Assembly: GCA_051599415.1 (NCBI GenBank)
Contig: AP039689.1
Span: forward strand, 1 to 64,000
Reading direction: 5' to 3'
From: Savitreella phatthalungensis
Lineage: Eukaryota
Length of the DNA: 64,000 nucleotides
Below the pieces are notes generated by a model that did no database searches, had not been told where the DNA came from, and was given only the letters and a program-made list of their open reading frames with translations. The translations under genes were made by a program, and so were the position numbers. Numbering within the stretch: position 1 is the first letter of the stretch; every line of letters starts with the position of its first letter. This document shows, one piece after another, positions 54,178-64,000 of the stretch.

Positions 54178-57100
54178 ATGGCGACTCAGAGCGTGTTCAG
54201 TGCCTCGAACACGCTCGCATACGTCTCGACGTTGAAGCACCATACAAGGCACGCGAGCTTTTGCCCACAGCGCGAAGGTTGGGGTCCCTTCAGCTCTGCG
54301 ACCTGGGACTTCACGCCTTGCTTCGAGTCACTCCTCGATAATGTACCTGCTATTCTCCTGCTTGTGCTCATGGCCCCACTCGCCTATCGCAATCTTCTCG
54401 GCAGGCAGGTGGACGACACCCCAAAGGACTGGCACTTTTGGGCAAAGATAATCGGCGTTATTGGCGTCGCCAGCACCTGTCTGACCTCGCTAGTCATTCA
54501 GATACATCTCAGCTACGATCCTGTCGCAGACGTGCGTGTCTGGTCGCATGTGATAAATCTGCTGGCACTCGGAATCGCAGGGTTCCTCCATTGGCTTGAA
54601 CAGCAACGATCGCGCGTCTCTGGTACAGCCTTGATCGTTTTCTGGACTATGAAGAGTCTCATTGATATCATCAGATTGCGCTCCCTCGTGGAGCGAGGAC
54701 TACCGCTTTCGGGTCATTCAGATGAGAGCTTTTTGTTCATTCCTCAGGTCATTGAAATCGTCCTTACTTGGCTGGTATGGATCCTCCAATCCTTCATCGC
54801 AAAAGCAAATGCATATGACAGCGCTGATGACAAGCGATGTCCGGTTGAGACAGCCAACATCCTTTCGCGCGCGACTTTCCAATGGCTCACGCCACTGATG
54901 CGTTACGGACACAAGCACTACCTGACAGCTGATGACATGACGGAGCTTCGTCGCTCTGAGCAGTGCAGCATTGTCATCGAACGCTTTGAGACGGCTTGGG
55001 AGACGCAGAAGTACCGAGGACCCTGGGCACTTTGGAAGACCATGTTGAAGACCGAAGGCATGATCTATCTTTTCGCCGCTCTATGCAAAGGTGGTCAGGA
55101 CATCCTGTCGTTTGTACAACCCCAGCTACTACGGATGCTCCTGACATTCATCAATTCACAATCTTCAAATGAGCCGGAGCCCCGGGTCAAGGGATTCGCA
55201 ATCGCCGCTGGCATGCTCCTAGTCTCTGTCGTTCAGACACTGCTGCTTCATCAATACTTCCAGGTCGCGTTGGAGACAGGTATGCGCATCAGATCCGCTC
55301 TTACCGCTAAGATCTATCGAAAGGCGCTACTGCTCAATTCCGAAGGGCGAGCTTTGAAAACGACTGGCGATATCGTCAACCTGATGTCGGTTGACACTCA
55401 ACGCGTGGCCGATTTGACGCAGTACGGGCAAATCGCATGGTCAGGCCCATTTCAAATTATCCTGTGCCTAGTGTCGCTGTATCAGCTCGTCGGGTGGGCC
55501 ATGCTAGCCGGCATCGCTATCATGATCATCATGATCCCGATCAATGCATGGGTATCGAATGTGATGAAGAAGAATCAGAAAGCACAAATGGCTAACAAGG
55601 ACGCACGGACGAGACTCATGGCTGAAATCTTGAACAACATCAAGACTATCAAGCTTTATGCATGGGAGAAGACCTTTTTGCAACGTCTTTTCCAGGTCCG
55701 GAATGAACGCGAACTCAAAATGCTGAAGAAAATTGGTGTCTTGCAGGCAACCTTCAATTTCACCTGGTCAACGGCCCCGATGCTCGTCTCGTGCTCCACC
55801 TTTGCTGTCTACGCGCTTGTGACAAAGCGACCGCTGACGACAGACGTCGTCTTTCCAGCCCTCACTTTGTTTAACCTGCTTGCTTTTCCGCTTGCCGTCC
55901 TGCCAAATGTCCTCACATCGATTGTTGAGGCAACAGTCGCAGTCGAGCGTCTCGTGTCATTTTTCAATGCTAGCGAGCTGCAAACAGATGCGGTGGATCG
56001 TTCAGAGGCAGCTGTACGGCCCGGTGCAGACACTGTTGTGGTGGAGGGCGCTGAATTCGCGTGGTCCAGCACGGGCCCCCCGACCCTGCGCAACATTGAT
56101 TTTTGCGGGCGCAAAGGACAACTCACTTGTATCGTCGGCACGGTCGGTTCAGGAAAGTCGTCTCTTCTGCAAGCCTGTCTTGGAGAGTTGCACAAGCGCT
56201 CCGGCAAAGTTGCAGTGTCCGGAAAAGTGGCTTATGTCGCACAGAATCCGTGGATCATGAACGCTTCTGTGCGGCAGAATATTCTCTTTGGCCATCGATT
56301 CGATCCGCAATTCTACGAGGCAACCATCAGCGCCTGCGCTCTAAAGGATGACCTCAAAGCTCTGCCGGACGGGGACGAGACCGAGGTCGGCGAGAAGGGA
56401 ATCTCCCTCAGTGGCGGACAAAAGGCACGCCTGTCCCTCGCCCGAGCCGTGTATTGCCGGGCTGATGTCTATTTCCTCGATGATCCGCTGAGTGCCGTTG
56501 ACCAGCATGTCGGCAAGCACCTCGTCGAGAATGTTTTCGGGCCGCATGGTCTGTTGAAATCCAAGACTCGGGTCCTCGCTACAAATTACGTGCCAGTGCT
56601 GAGCCAAGCAGACATGATTCTTCTCCTGCGCGATCGCCGCATTTCAGAAAGAGGCACATATGAGGACGTGATGACAGGTGCTGATAGTGAGCTCAAGAAA
56701 CTCATCACTGAATTTGGTAAGAAGGCACAAGATCGCGAGGATGAGCTCAGCGGTGACGACGCACAGACCGTCGTCCCCGCTTCTTCTGACGCCGCCAGCA
56801 GCTCATCAGATTCCGATCGCGTGCTTGCGAAACGTCGGGAATCCTCTAGTACACTTCGTCGTGCTTCGGAGGCCTCATTCCGGAAGCCGCACGGCAAAAT
56901 TCTGGACGAAGAACAGCAAGACCCGAAAGTCAGTGCTGTGGCAGAAGAATTTCAGGAGAAAGGCAACGTCAAGTTGCTGGTCTACAAGCGTTATGCGCAA
57001 GCTTGCTCATACATCGGGATATTTTTCCTCATCCTGTTCGTCTTCCTCTCGCAGGCTGCTCAAGTTTGGTCGAGTATATGGCTCAAGGATATCTCGAGCA

Positions 57101-58758
57101 GTTTTGATCGCGGAGACGCTAGCAATCCTGCATTGCTACTTGGCGTTTACTTCTTGCTTGGAGTGGCTTCCAGTGGACTGACAATGTGCTACGTCGTCAT
57201 CTTGTGGGTGTTCTGCTCTATTCGCGCTTCGCGCACCTTACATGAAGACATGGCGAACGCGGTGTTCCGTGCGCCGATGACCTTCTTCGAGACGACACCG
57301 ATGGGCCGTATCCTCAACCGATTCAGCAATGATGTCTATAAGATTGACGAAGTTCTGGCTCGCACGTGGTCCATGTTCCTGCGCAACAGCATGCAGGTCA
57401 TGTTCGTGCTCGGCGTCATCTGTGCAACGACTCCCGCATTCGCCATCGTCATTCTCCCCATGGCAGGTGTCTATTACTTCGTCCAGAGATATTACTTGAC
57501 AGCTGCGAGAGAGCTGAAGCGGCTGGATTCGACATCACGGAGTCCAATATATGCGCATTTTCAAGAATCCCTCGGCGGTATGTCAACAATCCGCGCTTAC
57601 GACCAGGAAGGCCGCTTTGCAAGAGAGAACGAATGGAGAGTCGACATGAACCAGAAGCCGTATTTCCTCTACATCAGCACCAACCGATGGCTCGCCGTCC
57701 GGCTGGAGTTCATCGGCTCTATCTTGATCTTTGCTGCTGCGTTTTTCGCCGTTGTCTCCGTATACACTGGGGGAATCTCCGCAGGCCTGGTCGGCTTGTC
57801 CATGTCGTATGCGCTCAATATCACCCAATCTCTGAACTGGATCGTACGACAAACTGTGGAAGTAGAGACCAACATTGTCTCAGTCGAGCGGGCACTCGAA
57901 TATGCCGCCCTTAAGAGCGAAGCAGCCTCTGAGACATCGTTTCGAACTCCGGCAAGCTGGCCTTCCGCTGGTGAAGTCAGCTTTATCAAATACAGTACCC
58001 GCTACCGCGAGGGGCTTCCAGACGTGCTGAAACAGATCGACGTCAAAATCGGTGCTCGGCAGAAAGTTGGTATTGTCGGCCGGACCGGTGCCGGCAAATC
58101 GTCTCTCACGCTTGCGCTCTTCCGCGTCATCGAAGCTGCAAGCGGTAGAATTGAGATCGATGGAATAGATACGTCCAAACTCGGACTGCATGAGCTGCGC
58201 TCCAAGCTTTCCATCATTCCGCAAGATGCTCAGGCATTTGAGGGCACGGTTCGTGAGAATCTCGACCCGCCTGCTGAGCATGACGACACTGACATGTATT
58301 CTGCCTTGCGAAGGGTTCAGCTCATTCCGGAGGACGATGGCTCTTCTGACGATGAAACGAATGCGAGCAATATCTTCCGGTCTCTCGACTCACCGGTGGG
58401 TGAAGGAGGCAGTAATATGTCGGCTGGACAGCGGCAGCTCATGACGCTCGCGCGCGGCCTCCTTCGCAGGTCTAAAGTGGTGATCATGGATGAGGCAACG
58501 TCATCTATCGACTTCGCGACCGACAAGCAAATTCAGAAGATCCTGACGACAGAGTTCAAGGAGGCAACAGTGCTGACAATTGCTCATCGTCTTTCAACTG
58601 TGATCGACTACGACAAAATTCTCGTGCTTGACTACGGCAAGGTTAAGGAATTTGATACACCGAAGAACCTGCTCCGCGACCCGAACAGCTTATTCTCAAA
58701 GCTGTGCGAGACGTCTGGCGAACTCGACAATTTCCGGAAACATCTCTCGATTGAGTAG
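54178..58758 (+). CDS. YCF1: ABCC/MRP transporter, Ycf1-like with TMD0
   Basis: 1526 aa; EGWGP..DFTPCF N-terminus, NBD1 (GTVGSGKSS, LSGGQ), R-domain LRRAS, TNRWLAVRLE, QSLNWIVRQTVEVETNIVSVER and NBD2 (GRTGAGKSS). Confidence 0.9.
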   Translation: MATQSVFSASNTLAYVSTLKHHTRHASFCPQREGWGPFSSATWDFTPCFESLLDNVPAILLLVLMAPLAYRNLLGRQVDDTPKDWHFWAKIIGVIGVASTCLTSLVIQIHLSYDPVADVRVWSHVINLLALGIAGFLHWLEQQRSRVSGTALIVFWTMKSLIDIIRLRSLVERGLPLSGHSDESFLFIPQVIEIVLTWLVWILQSFIAKANAYDSADDKRCPVETANILSRATFQWLTPLMRYGHKHYLTADDMTELRRSEQCSIVIERFETAWETQKYRGPWALWKTMLKTEGMIYLFAALCKGGQDILSFVQPQLLRMLLTFINSQSSNEPEPRVKGFAIAAGMLLVSVVQTLLLHQYFQVALETGMRIRSALTAKIYRKALLLNSEGRALKTTGDIVNLMSVDTQRVADLTQYGQIAWSGPFQIILCLVSLYQLVGWAMLAGIAIMIIMIPINAWVSNVMKKNQKAQMANKDARTRLMAEILNNIKTIKLYAWEKTFLQRLFQVRNERELKMLKKIGVLQATFNFTWSTAPMLVSCSTFAVYALVTKRPLTTDVVFPALTLFNLLAFPLAVLPNVLTSIVEATVAVERLVSFFNASELQTDAVDRSEAAVRPGADTVVVEGAEFAWSSTGPPTLRNIDFCGRKGQLTCIVGTVGSGKSSLLQACLGELHKRSGKVAVSGKVAYVAQNPWIMNASVRQNILFGHRFDPQFYEATISACALKDDLKALPDGDETEVGEKGISLSGGQKARLSLARAVYCRADVYFLDDPLSAVDQHVGKHLVENVFGPHGLLKSKTRVLATNYVPVLSQADMILLLRDRRISERGTYEDVMTGADSELKKLITEFGKKAQDREDELSGDDAQTVVPASSDAASSSSDSDRVLAKRRESSSTLRRASEASFRKPHGKILDEEQQDPKVSAVAEEFQEKGNVKLLVYKRYAQACSYIGIFFLILFVFLSQAAQVWSSIWLKDISSSFDRGDASNPALLLGVYFLLGVASSGLTMCYVVILWVFCSIRASRTLHEDMANAVFRAPMTFFETTPMGRILNRFSNDVYKIDEVLARTWSMFLRNSMQVMFVLGVICATTPAFAIVILPMAGVYYFVQRYYLTAARELKRLDSTSRSPIYAHFQESLGGMSTIRAYDQEGRFARENEWRVDMNQKPYFLYISTNRWLAVRLEFIGSILIFAAAFFAVVSVYTGGISAGLVGLSMSYALNITQSLNWIVRQTVEVETNIVSVERALEYAALKSEAASETSFRTPASWPSAGEVSFIKYSTRYREGLPDVLKQIDVKIGARQKVGIVGRTGAGKSSLTLALFRVIEAASGRIEIDGIDTSKLGLHELRSKLSIIPQDAQAFEGTVRENLDPPAEHDDTDMYSALRRVQLIPEDDGSSDDETNASNIFRSLDSPVGEGGSNMSAGQRQLMTLARGLLRRSKVVIMDEATSSIDFATDKQIQKILTTEFKEATVLTIAHRLSTVIDYDKILVLDYGKVKEFDTPKNLLRDPNSLFSKLCETSGELDNFRKHLSIE

Positions 58759-58965
58759 GATTCATAGCAGACTCGGTTTGTACTATTGAAGTAGGGCTGG
58801 AAGTTGAGTTCTTATTCAAGTATGCTAAGTTCACGTGCCTTTATCCTTTGCCGGTCGAGCGTCCTCGTGATCGTGATCAGGTGCGTTTTGTTTACGTGAA
58901 GCGGTTGCAATAACATAAAAAGCCGGCATAATTATCGACACGCATCAGCAGCAGGAAATTTAAGG

Positions 58966-59363
58966 ATGAGCTCGCCGTTCGAACAGGTACATGCTGATGT
59001 CAAACGCCCGTCTGCTCATGCGCAGCTTCTGGCGCGGCGCCTAAACAGTAAGTCAAGCTCTGCAGTGGACAAGAAGTCGGGTCCGGATGGCAGCAAATTT
59101 GCTTCACCCACGGACCAGCTTATGTCTCCATGCACGCAGAAGTTGCGTGACAACAAAGGCTTGCTCTATAAGAAGTAAGGAAACGCTCTTCCATAAGATG
59201 CACTCGTCTCGGAAGTCGAACTGACTCGGATAGGGCGAAACCATTGTCCTTGCAGGGACGTTTCGCGCAGGCCGCCGTGGTGTCAGCAGATGGTTCGACG
59301 GCCAAGTCCGCTGACCAGCATGCGGACCTCAATGTCATGGACAAGGAGAATCTGTCCTCTTGA
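58966..59363 (+). CDS. SPO12: Spo12-family protein; exons 58966-59174 and 59234-59363
   Basis: FASPTDQLMSPCTQKL motif. Intron GTAAGG..CTGAC..TAG (59175-59233) continues the frame into KAKPLSLQGRF. Confidence 0.85.
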
Positions 59364-59519
59364 CGCGCTCACGAAACTACGATCATTCTAGCTCTTCACA
59401 GTAATTCACACCACGTTCCTAAGATACATGACCTATCGCGAATCCGCATATCTACTGGCTTGTATATTATTACGGACCGAGGCGAAAAAAAACTTTGCGC
59501 ATTGCAAGTGAGCCAGTCG

Positions 59520-60581
59520 TCAGTCGACCTCATCTGCCGCGACTTCGTTGACTGGAGCACTGGTGGCCTCGCCGGTTTCACCATCAGGATGCTCGACTGG
59601 CCGAGGGCCGCCATCAGCAGCTGCACGCCATGCGTCGCGCATCTGGTAAGCGCGCTCCAGCTCGGCCTGAAGCTGATCGACTTTCGATTGTAGCTCGGTG
59701 ATGGTTTGGTCACAGAGAAGTTTGTCGAGGGTGTAGCGCTCGAGATTGTCAGCTTCACTTTGTTTGAGCTGCTCAATGTAATTAGCGGCCCGAGAGAGAA
59801 TGGCACCTTTGTTTTTCTCTTGCCCCGCGTACTCCTTCTGGAGCAGACTGGCAAGCTGGTTGATGCCATCGTTGATATTTTCCCGTCTCTTCTTCTCAAC
59901 TTCTTTGTGATTGATGCGGCGCATTTGCACATATTCTTCCGTGCCCACAGCAGGTTTCTCATGCTCTGGGATGATACGGCCATCCTCTCCAAGCATGATG
60001 GAAGTCCTGCCAGATCGACCAGCCGTGCTAGGGGTCGAAACAGCTGGTGTGCGCGCATGACTCGTGCGAATGGGTCCGCCGGCGGCATGCTGCCCTGGTG
60101 TCTGAGGTGGCAACGGAGGCACACCAGAGCTGGAGGAGTCATCGTGTGTATGCTGTGCGAGATTGTCCGAGCCTTCCGAGTTCGAAAGCTGTTGCTGTTG
60201 ATGACCGTGCTGCTCAGAGTGCTGTCCGTGTTGAGCCGGCTGATCTTCGGGGCGCGTGTCGGAGCCATCCCTCGTTCGTGTCTCTGGCGATGCGTCGTCG
60301 TTTGCGATCTCGCCACGAATCTGTTGCGCTGGGTGACCGGTTCCATTGCTCTGTGGATAGTCAAGGAATGCGGCCGCGCCTGAATCCGAGTTGCGTGTCT
60401 GATTATCGCTGAGGCTTGGATCAAGGTCATCTGTCACTTGTTCAGACACCGGAGCCGACCGCTGCTGCGACCCTTGAGAGTCCTGTTCCTGTTGTAGCTG
60501 CTTTCCCTGCAACTCGGGTTTCTGGTCGACCTCATACTGACCATTCGCATCGCTCATCGAAACGTCCTGATTTTGCTCCAT
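59520..60581 (-). CDS. CBF1: bHLH-ZIP transcription factor, Cbf1-like
   Basis: KPAVGTEEY..RRINHKEVEKKRRENINDGI...KNKGAILSRAANYI...NLERYTLDKLL. Confidence 0.85.
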   Translation of the reverse strand: MEQNQDVSMSDANGQYEVDQKPELQGKQLQQEQDSQGSQQRSAPVSEQVTDDLDPSLSDNQTRNSDSGAAAFLDYPQSNGTGHPAQQIRGEIANDDASPETRTRDGSDTRPEDQPAQHGQHSEQHGHQQQQLSNSEGSDNLAQHTHDDSSSSGVPPLPPQTPGQHAAGGPIRTSHARTPAVSTPSTAGRSGRTSIMLGEDGRIIPEHEKPAVGTEEYVQMRRINHKEVEKKRRENINDGINQLASLLQKEYAGQEKNKGAILSRAANYIEQLKQSEADNLERYTLDKLLCDQTITELQSKVDQLQAELERAYQMRDAWRAAADGGPRPVEHPDGETGEATSAPVNEVAADEVD

Positions 60582-62491
60582 CGCGTTGTATATGTACAAG
60601 AACGCCTGCACTACTAGCGCTTGAAGGGTTAGAAATCGATCTCGACTCGTCCGCTCGACTTGACTGCGCGTCTGCGAAGTCAAACTTAGTTCCGGGAGCT
60701 TTACTGTAAGATGGTTCGGTGAGTAATCAATTGAGCTGATCAATGCGACATCAGGATTGTTGCACAGGCGTACCCGTTCAGGCGGCGGTTCGCCGTTAGT
60801 GGAGTCAAGCGCTTGGCGCAGACGAGGCTGTGGATGGCGATAGGAATGGGTATGAGTGGATGAGGATGGATGCGCGTGTTGGTGGGTGGATGCTGCACAG
60901 GAGCGCGGAGCAAGGAATCCCGTGCACGTAGCACTAGGCTGGCTCTAGGGTGGTCACGGGTTCGGCAATCCTGTGCTGAGAGCGCAAGAGCTATAGAGCC
61001 AGATCTGCATGCAGCTGAGCTATCCGACACAGCAATTGAGAGAAGCTTCACCAGCTTTGTCCGCACGTACTTTGTTTCAATTGTATTTCCATCAACATCC
61101 TCCGCTCGTGCAGCCAACCAGGAGATTGAACCTTGCTGAGATAGACATCGAGCAACCACAAATTTCGAATCATGATAATCAATTTTCGGCTATCTGCTTT
61201 TCAATATTTTTGAATTCTGAATTAATCCATCCATCTCCATCTATCGTAATCAAATCCTGTAGCGAAGCTGGACTCGTCAGCCAGATGCGTCACAGGACAA
61301 CCAAACTGCTTTGAAATTAATCATCCAGCTGCCAGAGCCCTTTGTGCCATGATATTGACTGTATATAGATTGTGTCATCAAATATTGCCCTCATGAGATA
61401 TACACGTGCATAAATCAGATCGAAGAAAGCAACCGGCCACGTGATATATCATTCCCATAGCTCGATTGTCATTCCTTCAAAGACACAATTAATGTGAAAA
61501 GTAATGCTATCGGACAACACGGAAATCAGCCAGACGGCTATGACACTTCTGGGCGATGCTGACTGCACCAATTCAGACTCCTTGAACCACATCAGTGGCC
61601 TGCACGTTGACTCGTTGTAATACACGAACGAGAGCTTGAGCACGATCCCGTCGGGCTATTTTTGTCTAGATCTGCCAAACCCTCATTCATGATGCAATCC
61701 GGAGACGACATCAAAGAAGCCCCTGATCGTGATTACCGCACAACACTCATAGGACGAATGCCCGCCTGATCATCTGCCGCAACCGGCTCCTTCCAACATT
61801 CTGGCAAGAGTCATTGCTTCCTAGTGGATCGATCACAGGCAGTGCTATCGCCTGGGCAGTGCCAGAAAGAGCAAGCCGATTGGGACGCCATATGTCTCGC
61901 CAGTGAGGTCTCTGGCATTCCTTGTCAAGGATGTTGAGGCTGTCGGCTGATCCGATTGATACCCGGATCGTGGACATCGTGGATCTAAATCATACTTTTG
62001 GCTCCAGCTTGGTCGAGTAACGAAGCATCGACAAGCATCTCTGTAGCTTGATTGATTGAGTTCGTTGCATAATCAGTCTGGATCTGACTGAATCTACATA
62101 TATATATGCTCAATTGCCCTAGAACCAATGAATCCACGTGGAACCCAACTCCCGCGAAATATATATGGGATCCGAGGACGTCTTTGTGCTTGCACGTGCA
62201 TCACTCATCCTGGCGCGGAGAACCATTGGTCTTGAGTTCCAAATGCGTTACCTTCTGAATTCGGAGGCCGAACCAGATCATCGGTCCTGACCCGATTAGC
62301 AGTTGTCTGATCTTACAGAGGTTGACGCGCAAGTCCTAATACCTAAGTGAAGAAAAAGTTAGCCGCTCACTCCCCTGCAGCGGACCATTTGAGATCCGGC
62401 AGGCGCTGACAGACTCGTCGGGAAGCTCGCGCTTTATACAATGATCTGAACTAAGTAACTCACGTGAGCTCGTGTTTTAAGGCCTGCTGTG

Positions 62492-63625
62492 ATGCCTCGA
62501 GAGGCGTCGCGCGACATCGTTCGCGGGCTCAACGCGCTCGAGATGATCGTCGTCAACATCAGTGCTGTCTCCTGGCTGCAACACAGCGCATTCATCGGGC
62601 TCCCGACATATGCAGACACTATCTTTCCAACATTCGCTATGCTCGCCGGGATGTCACGAATCACTCCCCGGCGAAGTGTCGCGATGGTCGGACTCGGTCT
62701 GAGTCTCAACGTCGTTCAAGGTTTTGTGAAACAGATTCCAACACGACTACCAGGAGTGCTTCAGCGGCTCGCATTATCAGGTTTGCTGCTTGAAGCTCCA
62801 ATGATTCGGCAACTGGCCGATTCGCGGCCGATGCTTTTGGCAGCTGCATTGTCTGCAATTTGGTATATCGTGTCTATCGCTCTGGCCGACGACTCGTCCA
62901 ATCCTCTTGCAAATCCGAAGTGCGGCTACGCCAGAATAGAAGGAACAGCTGCTTCCAAGTTGGATCGCATGTTGTTTTCTGAAAGAATCTACACACAATC
63001 TTATGATCCGGAAGGCCTGCTTGGTTGTCTTACTACAGCAGCAACGATGCTCGCCGGCCGATATCTCGTCACTCTCTCGGGACCTGCGATCTATTCAATG
63101 CAGACGATAGCAGCTGCCGTGGGCGCACTGAGCGCTGGCCTTGTCCTGCATCACTCGTCCCCGGCGTATGGAGTCATTTCTAAGGCTTTGTGGACCCCTG
63201 CGTTCGTGCTCGCCACGACGGGCTGGGCAACAATCAAATACGCCAGTCTCTCATGGCTCATCAATGCGACAGAGCTTGTCCCAGGTCGGCTGCAATCTGT
63301 CTTTAGGGCTGCAGGTCAGCGGTCCCTTGAACTTTACATGATCTCATCTCTTGCTAGTCTAGCGCTCCAGTACGATCGGACGCAGCAAGCGGTCCCCGGG
63401 AAAAGGCGATACTCGACTCATTTTGCTCGGGATGACTCGATCTGGGCGCGCTCACTGACTTATTTGACAGAGGTAATCATGCGCGTGGGCGATGCGCTGG
63501 GTACTAGCTCTGCACAACTCCATGCTCGCAGTCTGGCCGACTTGGCTCTGTCGGTGTCGCTGGCTGGTTCCATGGCCTTCATTGCGGTCTGGCTGGTCCG
63601 CACGAATCGACGACTGAGTTTATGA
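62492..63625 (+). CDS. HGSNAT/NagX-like transmembrane acyltransferase
   Basis: SRDIVRGL...MIVVN, LQHS, TYADTIFPTF, RLPGVLQRLA, YDPEGLLG and ISKALWTPAFVL. Confidence 0.8.
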   Translation: MPREASRDIVRGLNALEMIVVNISAVSWLQHSAFIGLPTYADTIFPTFAMLAGMSRITPRRSVAMVGLGLSLNVVQGFVKQIPTRLPGVLQRLALSGLLLEAPMIRQLADSRPMLLAAALSAIWYIVSIALADDSSNPLANPKCGYARIEGTAASKLDRMLFSERIYTQSYDPEGLLGCLTTAATMLAGRYLVTLSGPAIYSMQTIAAAVGALSAGLVLHHSSPAYGVISKALWTPAFVLATTGWATIKYASLSWLINATELVPGRLQSVFRAAGQRSLELYMISSLASLALQYDRTQQAVPGKRRYSTHFARDDSIWARSLTYLTEVIMRVGDALGTSSAQLHARSLADLALSVSLAGSMAFIAVWLVRTNRRLSL

Positions 63626-63654
63626 TGTGGCACTACCGCACCGGACGCTTCTTA

Positions 63655-64000
63655 TCACCCAAAGATGTCATCGATCTCGTCCTTGCTATGGAGCTGCTTC
63701 GATCTTTTCATCCGCTGCAGCCCCATGCCCCGTGCAGCTGCCTCTGTCCTTTTGGCGGTGAAAAGTTTCGAGTTCGCAAGCGTAGTCGATCTCGAGCGCA
63801 CAGACTTCACGCTGCTCGAGGGCGAGTTAGGTGCACGTTCGCGGAAATCACCGTCTTCCTTCGGCTGGGCAATGATGGTCTTCGTATCTCGAATAACCGT
63901 CAACTCGCTTTCCTTGTCGCCGGTCGATGCATCTGCGCTATCGAAGCCGTTCAGGATCCCCTGGATCCTGGCAAGGCACCCGAAACCGATGAGCGCGATC
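63655..64000 (-). CDS. 3' end of a gene running in from beyond the window; possibly RNase MRP subunit Rmp1-like
   Basis: Frame is open to the window edge: IALIGFGCLARIQGIL...basic tail...DEIDDIFG*. Confidence 0.55.
   Translation of the reverse strand, partial: IALIGFGCLARIQGILNGFDSADASTGDKESELTVIRDTKTIIAQPKEDGDFRERAPNSPSSSVKSVRSRSTTLANSKLFTAKRTEAAARGMGLQRMKRSKQLHSKDEIDDIFG

Overview
This window is the left end of a linear chromosome from a compact, intron-poor fungus. It is an ascomycete and possibly Taphrinomycotina; the taxonomy is inferred from gene content and is not certain. Bases 1-106 are residual Oxford Nanopore native-barcode sequence, followed by about 20 CCCTAA telomere repeats (106-224). 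The telomere is joined directly, and in frame, to a 5'-truncated telomere-linked RecQ-type helicase (TLH) gene. The surviving N-terminus of that gene resembles the C-terminal half of a tyrosine-recombinase catalytic domain. Behind it lies a 5.7 kb non-coding subtelomere of modular arrays: array A (32-bp repeat), array B (constant 14-bp core plus alternating spacers, present in two copies) and array C (palindrome-rich, with 17-bp inverted-repeat cassettes). This block ends abruptly at 8891. From 9.5 kb on, the window is densely packed with about 34 mostly housekeeping genes and one intron-containing tRNA-Ile. The most notable signals are the recombinase-like/helicase gene with its repeat platform, a divergent Bim1-like/metalloreductase copper gene pair, an internal 33-bp repeat sharing a motif with the subtelomere, STE12-RPT2-PAK linkage, an apparently mosaic ABCC transporter and an N-terminally short Rpa49. 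All calls come from reading motifs by eye; no database searches were run.
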